NCBI GenBank assembly: GCA_964230025.1
Contig: CAXRFO010000013.1
Coordinates: forward strand, 38,304-102,303
Length of the DNA stretch: 64,000 nt
Source: Flavobacteriales bacterium
GTDB taxonomy: Bacteria; Bacteroidota; Bacteroidia; Flavobacteriales_D; JAUILH01
Reading direction: 5' to 3'
Below are positions 57,351 to 64,000 of this stretch, in pieces. A program made the translations under genes and the position numbers. Every line of letters begins with the position of its first letter. The stretch's first letter is position 1. The notes below the pieces were generated by a model that saw only the letters and a list, made by a program, of their open reading frames with translations, made no database searches and was not told where the DNA came from.

Positions 57351-60300
57351 GTGAGATACCTGTCCCTTTTACTATTGCTGATAAACACCGTATGGGGAAA
57401 TTCTCAGGCATTAAACATTAAAAACTTTGCCACACCCGATGGCCTTTCTCACAGTGAAATACTTGATATTGAATCTGGCCCCTACGGTTTCCTTTGGATT
57501 GCAACGCGCGGGGGTGGACTAAATAAATTTGACGGTAAAAACTTTGAAGTATATACCAACTTTGACGGTCTACCTAATAATTCAATTCTTGACATCTATT
57601 TTGATCAAAACGATCTTCTGTGGTTAGCAACTGAAGACGGACTTTCAAGGTATAATGGGGTTTCTTTTAAAAACTTCAGAGCTGGTGATGATGGGAAGCC
57701 CTTTGTGGTTACAGGGATTAGTGAATATCAAAATCAAATTTTTATAGCAAGCAACAGAGGTTTCTATTCTGTAAAAGACGATAGTTTAATACCTTTTACA
57801 ACAGACATAAAGGTCCCCTTTAATGCAATTGGTTTTATCAAGAAATCTGAGAAAAAAGGATTGTGGATAGCCAACGGAAGTCAACTATATTTTTTAAATG
57901 GAAAGAAAAGTCAAAAGTTTGATGAAAGTCATGGATTGCTCCGACATCCTTTGAGCGACTTAGTGGAATATGACGACAAACTTTATATTTCTCATTTCAA
58001 TGGAGGTATTCTTGAGCTAGGTGCTGACGGTGTTCTCAAAAAAATTGATGAAACAAGTGAGTTACAAAACAAATACATCAACTGTTTGCATGTTTTTGAA
58101 AACAAACTGTACGTGGGAACTAACAACAGCGGGCTGTATAGTTATGATTTAAAAACAAATGAATTACAACTATTAAATGAGAATAAGGGTATATCTACCA
58201 ATCATATTGAGTGCCTTTATTCTAGTCCGAATGGAGATATTTTATGGGTAGGAACCGGAGGAGGAGGTTTAAGTAAGATCTATAAAAGTACATTCACACC
58301 CTATAAAATTCCCAACGAGCAAGAAGATAATCCTTGGATTTATGATTGCATCTATGCAAAAGATGGCGCTATTTGGGTTGGTGCTGGAGCTAAGGGAGTT
58401 TATAGCATAAAGGATTCTTCCACCATTCAATTTAACTCAAGCAATGGTTATACTTCTGCGAAAACAAGGATAATATATGAGGATAAGGATGGGCGTATAT
58501 TATTCGCACCGGAGGGAAAAGGCCTGTGGCTTTACGATTCTTTATTTCATCAACTCATTTCACCTGAACGGAAAATGCGTTTTGATCATATCAAAGGAAT
58601 AACCCAAGACAGTTCGAACAATTATTGGATTTCAGAAGGTGGAAAAGGTTTAATGCGTTTTAAAATTGAGGATAGCACTTACAAGGTAATTGACCACAAG
58701 ATTTTTAACCGCACGAGTGGTTTACCCAGAAACTATATCTATGACTTGTTTACGGATAGAAATGGAAGGGTATGGTTTGGCACCCGCAATGCTGGAGCTG
58801 GAGTAATTGAAGACAATCATATTTATTTACTCAATACGCAAAACGGGCTCGCATCCAATTTTGTAACCAGTATTACGGAAGATTTCAAGGGACAAATCTA
58901 CTTGGCAGGCGGAAACGCCATAAGTATTATTTCAGGGGATAAAGGGAAATGGAAGATTCATGATGTACTTAGCAGAGAAAGTAAGCTCAAAGGACACCAA
59001 ATCTTTCAAATACTAGTAGATTCCGGTTCGGGGATTTGGGTTGGTACCACACACGGCATGAATTATTACCAATTTAATGGAAAAGGTGATGGTTACAACT
59101 ATGAATACTTTGGGCCAAATGAAGGATTTACTGCAATGGAAACAAACACCAATGCGCTATGCATGCTACCGAATGGAAAGATCCTGTCTGGAACACCCCA
59201 AGGATTGTTCGTTTATCACCCAGAAGTAAAAAGTAAAAACTTCCAAAAGCCACAAATATTCTTGAAGGATATTAAAGTTTTTTATGAGCCACTAAAAAAG
59301 CTGTATCCCAATCTTTTTGAACAATGGAATCAGGTTAAAAGTAAGGTTCATTTAAATCACAAGCAAACACATTTAAGTTTTGAATTCACAGCGCAGGACC
59401 TTAGTAATCCAGATAATATACAATACGCGTGGTTTTTGGAGGGATTTGATGAAAAATGGTCGCCTTTTAACGACCAAACTATTGCTGTATATTCAAACTT
59501 ACCACCTGGGAAATATAGTTTTCACCTAAAGGCAATAAATAATGATGGGATAAGCAGTGACGAATTTATTAGTCACAGTATAATTATAAATGCTCCTCCA
59601 CCTCCTCCTCCTCCATTCTATAAGCAAGTCTGGTTTATTTACACAATCATTGCTTTGAGCGCTTTAATTATTGGCCTAGTTCTATTCATCATAATACAAC
59701 GTTGGAAAAGAGAAAGGGAACGCATACGCATGGAGCGAAATGTACTTCATTTGCAGCAACAAACATTACGCCTACAAATGAATCCTCACTTTATTTTTAA
59801 TGCGCTTAATACCATTCAAGGTAAAATTGTCCAACAAGACGGAAAAAAAGCAAGATACCTTCTGAGCAAGTTCGCTCGTTTAATGAGACAAATCCTCGAG
59901 TACTCAAGAGAAGAATACATCAGTATTGCAGAGGAGATGGAGTTATTGGAGAACTATTTGATGTTAGAAAAAAATACACGAAACGACTCCTTCTCCTACT
60001 CCATAAACTCTGATTTAGTGGAAGATGAAGAAGAGTTCATCCCTCCCATGCTGGTACAGCCCTTTATCGAAAATGCCTTAATACATGCTTTTAAAGGAAG
60101 GGAGGACGGTCATATCAACATAAGTTTTAATCAAATTGATAATTATATTGTTGTCAGCATTGATGATAATGGTGTTGGAAGAGGAAAATCTGCAGAAAGA
60201 AATGCTCAACAAGAAAGTAAGCACAAATCGCTCGCATTAATCGTAACTCAAGAGCGTTTGCACGCTTTAGACAGTGAAACCGACGGAAAAATCGAATTTA

Positions 60301-60368
60301 TAGATAAAATGGATGGCAACGACCCGATAGGTACAACTGTTAAAATTTGGGTCCCTAAAATCCAATAA
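57351..60368 (+). CDS. two-component-regulator-propeller / Y_Y_Y sensor fused to a LytS-type (His_kinase PF06580-like) histidine kinase
   Basis: Signal peptide. Many beta-propeller repeats (W(I/V)(A/G)T..G(L/G)). Single TM after a Pro7 tract. H-box QMNPHFIFNALNTI and ATPase PPMLVQPFIENALIHA...DDNGVG. Confidence 0.85.
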   Translation: MRYLSLLLLLINTVWGNSQALNIKNFATPDGLSHSEILDIESGPYGFLWIATRGGGLNKFDGKNFEVYTNFDGLPNNSILDIYFDQNDLLWLATEDGLSRYNGVSFKNFRAGDDGKPFVVTGISEYQNQIFIASNRGFYSVKDDSLIPFTTDIKVPFNAIGFIKKSEKKGLWIANGSQLYFLNGKKSQKFDESHGLLRHPLSDLVEYDDKLYISHFNGGILELGADGVLKKIDETSELQNKYINCLHVFENKLYVGTNNSGLYSYDLKTNELQLLNENKGISTNHIECLYSSPNGDILWVGTGGGGLSKIYKSTFTPYKIPNEQEDNPWIYDCIYAKDGAIWVGAGAKGVYSIKDSSTIQFNSSNGYTSAKTRIIYEDKDGRILFAPEGKGLWLYDSLFHQLISPERKMRFDHIKGITQDSSNNYWISEGGKGLMRFKIEDSTYKVIDHKIFNRTSGLPRNYIYDLFTDRNGRVWFGTRNAGAGVIEDNHIYLLNTQNGLASNFVTSITEDFKGQIYLAGGNAISIISGDKGKWKIHDVLSRESKLKGHQIFQILVDSGSGIWVGTTHGMNYYQFNGKGDGYNYEYFGPNEGFTAMETNTNALCMLPNGKILSGTPQGLFVYHPEVKSKNFQKPQIFLKDIKVFYEPLKKLYPNLFEQWNQVKSKVHLNHKQTHLSFEFTAQDLSNPDNIQYAWFLEGFDEKWSPFNDQTIAVYSNLPPGKYSFHLKAINNDGISSDEFISHSIIINAPPPPPPPFYKQVWFIYTIIALSALIIGLVLFIIIQRWKRERERIRMERNVLHLQQQTLRLQMNPHFIFNALNTIQGKIVQQDGKKARYLLSKFARLMRQILEYSREEYISIAEEMELLENYLMLEKNTRNDSFSYSINSDLVEDEEEFIPPMLVQPFIENALIHAFKGREDGHINISFNQIDNYIVVSIDDNGVGRGKSAERNAQQESKHKSLALIVTQERLHALDSETDGKIEFIDKMDGNDPIGTTVKIWVPKIQ

Positions 60369-60452
60369 ATTGAAATATTATCATCAATCAACCCTGTTAT
60401 GTGCACGGCTGGATCGGGCTCCAATTGTAGAGGAAAGACAACTTAATTAAAC

Positions 60453-60484
60453 AAAAAAGCCCAACTTTATCGTTGGGCTTTTTT
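60453..60484. terminator. bidirectional rho-independent terminator between convergent genes
   Basis: AAAAAAGCCCAAC / GTTGGGCTTTTTT with loop TTTATC. The A-run and T-run allow function on both strands. Confidence 0.85.
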
Positions 60485-60503
60485 AAAATATATTCAATTT
60501 GAT

Positions 60504-61256
60504 TTATGGAACAAATTCGAACTCTACCCTTCTGTTGTACTTGTGGGCAAATTCCGTATCACCATCTAATAATACATCTTCCTCACCATGTCCTTTGGTT
60601 GTAATGCTGGAACCGTTCACTCCTTTTTCGGTAAGATATTTCTTTACAGATTCAGCTCTTTTTCTTGATAACTCTTTATTATAAGCCGCATCACCTTGAA
60701 TATCTGTATGTCCATGTACCATTATCTTGGCAGCAGGGTATGTTTTCAAAAAATCAGCTAGCTTGTTTAAGTTTTCATGTGACTCGGATTTAATGTTGTC
60801 AGAGTTAACCTCAAAATACAGATTTTCAATTTGAAATACTTGATTCAAATACAAAGTAGGATCTTCAATATCACTCCAATGGATCATTTTTTGATTGTTT
60901 GCGCCGTCTACGTCAAAACCTTTCCATGCTCCGGTTACTGCATCTACAATTAAGGGTAAAGGACCAGTAACTGGAATACTTGCTAAATCTGCTATCAACC
61001 ATTTTCTCAATACGGTTGCTTCCATATCAAAAGACTTAGCTAAGTAATAAGGCTTCAGATAGGTTATCTCATATTTTTCACGTGGATCCATTTCCACAGT
61101 CGCCTCACCTATTCCTTTGTATTCATTATTTACAAAAATTAAGGTTTCTTCTTGAGCTGGTTTTAATGTTACAGAATCAGAAAAATCTTTTCTTAAAAAG
61201 GTGGCACAACTCGATAATAAAATAGTTGAACCTAACAGTAATACTGTGTTTTTCAT
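60504..61256 (-). CDS. OmpA-family lipoprotein
   Basis: Lipobox LLSSC. C-terminal OmpA domain (NLYFEVNSDNI..., VHGHTDIQGDAAYNKELSRKRAESV, NRRVEFEF). Confidence 0.85.
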   Translation of the reverse strand: MKNTVLLLGSTILLSSCATFLRKDFSDSVTLKPAQEETLIFVNNEYKGIGEATVEMDPREKYEITYLKPYYLAKSFDMEATVLRKWLIADLASIPVTGPLPLIVDAVTGAWKGFDVDGANNQKMIHWSDIEDPTLYLNQVFQIENLYFEVNSDNIKSESHENLNKLADFLKTYPAAKIMVHGHTDIQGDAAYNKELSRKRAESVKKYLTEKGVNGSSITTKGHGEEDVLLDGDTEFAHKYNRRVEFEFVP

Positions 61257-61345
61257 TTATATAGTTTTAGTTTTCCAGTTACAAATAAAGCAGGCATTTT
61301 AATATGCCTCTAATTATATCCAGACTTATAAACGAAACTTTTTAA

Positions 61346-61879
61346 TTACATATAATCGTCACCTAAATCGGATATATCAATATCGTCGAAAAGGTCGGAA
61401 ATATCTTCATCTGGGTCAAAATCATTCTGTGAATTGCCATCTTTTTCGGCAATTAGCATAAAATCATCCATACTTTTGGATTCTTCATCCGGAGCTTTAC
61501 CGATTTCTAACACACACTTTGGTTTAGGGTCACCATCTTGTTCTATTTGAATGCACTCAACATAAAAGCACCACATTCGCATAAAATCGTGTACCAAAAG
61601 CATTTTTTGATGACGAGCTAAGACGATTTCAGAAAGGATGGCTTCTGACATTACTGTCGGAAGTTCACTCCCCGGAGCCCCCATGTCCATCAAGCCAATT
61701 TCGTGTCCCTTCTCCCATTCATCATTACTAAGATAAAATGAAGCCATTTGATCGGGTTTAAAATCAAAGGCACTGATAATTAGTTTGTATAAATCTTCAA
61801 GATTATGCTCAGAACCTAAACGAACATCTCTAAACACATCTTCCTCTACATCAATAACAACTCTAAAAGTATGTACCAT
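61346..61879 (-). CDS. pRiA4b ORF-3-like domain protein with acidic tail
   Basis: FRVVIDVEEDVFRDVRL....LEDLYKLIISAFDF...MASFYLSNDEW is typical of the PRiA4_ORF3 family. TAATG overlap with the cca-like gene. Confidence 0.6.
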   Translation of the reverse strand: MVHTFRVVIDVEEDVFRDVRLGSEHNLEDLYKLIISAFDFKPDQMASFYLSNDEWEKGHEIGLMDMGAPGSELPTVMSEAILSEIVLARHQKMLLVHDFMRMWCFYVECIQIEQDGDPKPKCVLEIGKAPDEESKSMDDFMLIAEKDGNSQNDFDPDEDISDLFDDIDISDLGDDYM

Positions 61880-63315
61880 TACTCTTCCTTTTCTATGCCT
61901 AGTTCTTTAGCTTTTTCAAGCATAAAGTCATAAGCTGCTTCATAACTATTCTCAATAACACCATCTAGAATGGCATTTTTAATAGCGTCTTTTATAACGC
62001 CAACTTCTTTTGAAGGTTTCATTTTAAAGGTGGAAATAATTTCCTTCCCATCAATCGGTGGCTGCCAATTACGAATTTCGTCTCTTTCAGCAACCTCATC
62101 TACCCTTTCCCTTAAACTTTTAAAACGACTTAAGTATCGTTTTACCTTTTCTTTATTTTTTGAGGTGATATCGGATTCACATAAAAGCATCAAATCATCT
62201 AAATCATCTCCAGCCTCAACAATAAGTCGTCTAATACCACTGTCCGTAGCTTCCTCCTTTGTTAAAGCTATCGGACGCAAATGAAGTGCGACCAATTTTT
62301 GGACATATTTCATTTTAGCATCCATTGGTAAACGCAAACGTTTGAAAATTCCAGGAACCATTCTTGCCCCTTTATCCTCATGCCCATGAAAAGTCCACCC
62401 CACCTTAGGGTCAAATCTTTTCGTTGGTGGTTTAGCAATGTCATGTAGCAATGCTGCCCATCTTAAAAATAACTTCTCAGATTTCTCAGCTAACTGATCT
62501 AATACCTGCAAGGTATGAAAGAAATTATCCTTATGCCTTACTCCATTCCTTTCATCAACGCCATGCAGATCAGTTAACTCTGGAAATATTCTATGTAGTA
62601 TTCCCGTCTTGAACAGTATCAGAAAACCTTTGGACGGCTTTGGGGAAAGCATGATTTTGTTCAGTTCTTCGGTGATTCTTTCTTGAGAGATTATATCAAT
62701 CCTTTCTGCATTTCTTGTAATACTCTCAAAGCTCTCCTTTTCAATTTCAAAATTTAGCTGACTAGCAAATCGAGCTGCCCGCATCATTCTTAAAGGATCG
62801 TCAGAATAAGTAGTATCAGGATCTAATGGGGTTCTTAAAATTCCATTTTTTAAGTCCTCTATCCCGTTGAAAGGATCGACCAAATCACCAAAATCCTTTT
62901 GATTCATGGATATTGCCAATGCATTGATGGTAAAATCCCTTCTTTTTTGATCATCCTCAATACTCCCTTCTTCTACAACAGGGTTTCTAGAGTTTCTCTG
63001 ATAGGACTCTTTCCTTGCTCCAACAAACTCAACATCAAGATCTTTGTAAACAAAATGTGCAGTACCAAAATTCTTAAAGTATGAAACCTTAGAACAGTCA
63101 AGTTCATTAGCTAGTTCTTCCGCCAAACGTAATCCACTGCCTTCAACTACAATGTCTATATCTTTACAAGGACGGTCTAGCAGCAGATCTCTAACCAAGC
63201 CTCCTACTAAAAAACCGTTTTGATTATTCTCCTCCAAAACCTTCGTTAAACTGGTAAAAGGCTCAGACTGATAATATTCGGCGTAATTATTATTCTCTGA
63301 TAATCTTAATTTCAC
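61879..63315 (-). CDS. cca: CCA-adding enzyme-like tRNA nucleotidyltransferase with HD domain
   Basis: 478 aa. Pol-beta head GGLVRDLLLDRPCKDIDIVV, RDFTINALA, HD motif LLHDIAKP. Confidence 0.85.
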   Translation of the reverse strand: MKLRLSENNNYAEYYQSEPFTSLTKVLEENNQNGFLVGGLVRDLLLDRPCKDIDIVVEGSGLRLAEELANELDCSKVSYFKNFGTAHFVYKDLDVEFVGARKESYQRNSRNPVVEEGSIEDDQKRRDFTINALAISMNQKDFGDLVDPFNGIEDLKNGILRTPLDPDTTYSDDPLRMMRAARFASQLNFEIEKESFESITRNAERIDIISQERITEELNKIMLSPKPSKGFLILFKTGILHRIFPELTDLHGVDERNGVRHKDNFFHTLQVLDQLAEKSEKLFLRWAALLHDIAKPPTKRFDPKVGWTFHGHEDKGARMVPGIFKRLRLPMDAKMKYVQKLVALHLRPIALTKEEATDSGIRRLIVEAGDDLDDLMLLCESDITSKNKEKVKRYLSRFKSLRERVDEVAERDEIRNWQPPIDGKEIISTFKMKPSKEVGVIKDAIKNAILDGVIENSYEAAYDFMLEKAKELGIEKEE

Positions 63316-63865
63316 CGTTATTTTTTAATTTGATTATTGACGAAGGCTTACTTTTTGCAACGGGCTCTTCAATATTTAAAATAAAATCAATTTTAGCAGA
63401 AAGTTCAGGGCTTAAATCGTCAATGGCAAGAGCAGCTTGCTCCCCTGAAAAATTGGCTGAAGTCGATACCAAGGGTCCTTTTATTCCTCGAATTAGTTTT
63501 TGGGTGAGGGTATGTTTGGTAAGTCTTACACCAACAGAACCATCGTTTGCCGCAATTCCATCCGCAATGTTCTTTACTTCATCATAAACGATTGTCAAAG
63601 GTCTTTCGGAAGAATCGATTAGATCCCAAGCGATTTCAGGTATTTTAGGGACATGATTTTGCAGCATTCGATCAGAATCCACTAAAATCAAAAAGCTTTT
63701 ATCAGCCGGACGTTGCTTTAAGTCATTCAGCGTTTTTACTGCTTCAGCATTTTTTGCGTCACATGCTAAACCCAATACGGTATCCGCATAGTATGCAATT
63801 ATCCCACCTTCTTTAAGTACTTGTATGGCTTTATCCAATTCGCTCACGGAGCGCAAAATTACCAA
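63290..63865 (-). CDS. tsaC: L-threonylcarbamoyladenylate synthase (TsaC/YrdC family)
   Basis: 191 aa. YADTVLGLACDA, KQRPADKSFLILV, LVSTSANFSGE. TTG start is provisional. Confidence 0.8.
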   Translation of the reverse strand: MVILRSVSELDKAIQVLKEGGIIAYYADTVLGLACDAKNAEAVKTLNDLKQRPADKSFLILVDSDRMLQNHVPKIPEIAWDLIDSSERPLTIVYDEVKNIADGIAANDGSVGVRLTKHTLTQKLIRGIKGPLVSTSANFSGEQAALAIDDLSPELSAKIDFILNIEEPVAKSKPSSIIKLKNNGEIKIIRE

Positions 63866-63869
63866 TTAC

Positions 63870-63902
63870 TTTGAAGCGATGAAGTATAAATGACTAATTT
63901 TG
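63870..63902 (+). promoter_or_regulatory. consensus Bacteroidota promoter of rnpB (TTTG -33, 21-nt spacer, TAATTTTG -7)
   Basis: TTTG at 63870-63873 and TAATTTTG at 63895-63902, immediately before the RNase P RNA 5' end. Confidence 0.65.
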
Positions 63903-64000
63903 TGGTGCCGAGCCATCGCTGCGTATTGTGCGTAGAGGAAAGTCCGGACAACACAGAACACCACACTTCCTAACGGGAAGGACCACGCTTAGGCGTGGGA
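63903..64000 (+). ncRNA. rnpB: RNase P RNA, bacterial type A, 5' part (continues beyond the window)
   Basis: P3-like hairpin CTGCGTA-TTG-TGCGTAG followed by the universally conserved P4 strand GAGGAAAGTCCGGAC. No ORF. Confidence 0.85.

Noticed and set aside
60430-60439. GAGGAAAGAC, resembling the RNase P P4 motif
   Set aside because: It is an isolated 10-mer in a 135-bp gap with no surrounding P1-P3 helices. The genuine rnpB start is at 63903.
61346-61879. pRiA4b ORF-3 / 'IS1096 passenger'-type gene as evidence of a mobile element
   Set aside because: There is no transposase, integrase or terminal inverted repeats, and no compositional break. The gene is translationally coupled to cca in a housekeeping operon.

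Overview
This is an AT-rich, very densely coded chromosomal segment. It reads as Bacteroidota, probably class Flavobacteriia. The evidence is T9SS type A and type B C-terminal sorting domains, a PorP/SprF gene, SprB-type repeats, rpmG followed by a DUF4295-type mini-ORF, TAnnTTTG -7 promoter boxes and a type A RNase P RNA start. Housekeeping content: nhaC (partial), mutA/mutB chained to corA, rplS, ppk1-ppx, proline dehydrogenase, clpC, gyrA, a 3-hydroxyacyl-CoA dehydrogenase, rpmG, ftsY, rimO, two ferredoxin-reductase paralogs, tsaC-cca and the 5' part of rnpB. An accessory-looking block at about 9.4-28 kb holds four things: a signal-peptide WD40-caspase fusion; a 1749-aa mosaic T9SS adhesin with near-identical 447-bp tandem repeats; a TPR histidine kinase with a LytTR regulator; and a 14xPKD type-B T9SS cargo operon with its PorP/SprF partner. 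The most interesting observations are these. (1) A roughly 235-nt structured leader or small RNA candidate with promoter, GNRA hairpin, intrinsic terminator and two mutually exclusive anti-terminator pairings lies upstream of the PKD operon. (2) That promoter-leader module is present twice, as a decayed copy and an intact copy, flanking the kinase-regulator pair. (3) A SiaA/SiaB/SiaC-like partner-switching set has no diguanylate cyclase, has a tandemly fused double SiaB-like kinase, and is packed directly behind clpC. (4) The WD40-caspase appears to be exported. I saw no CRISPR array, tRNA, rRNA, transposase or prophage. All product calls come from motif recognition by eye; no database or structure search was run, and start codons are provisional.
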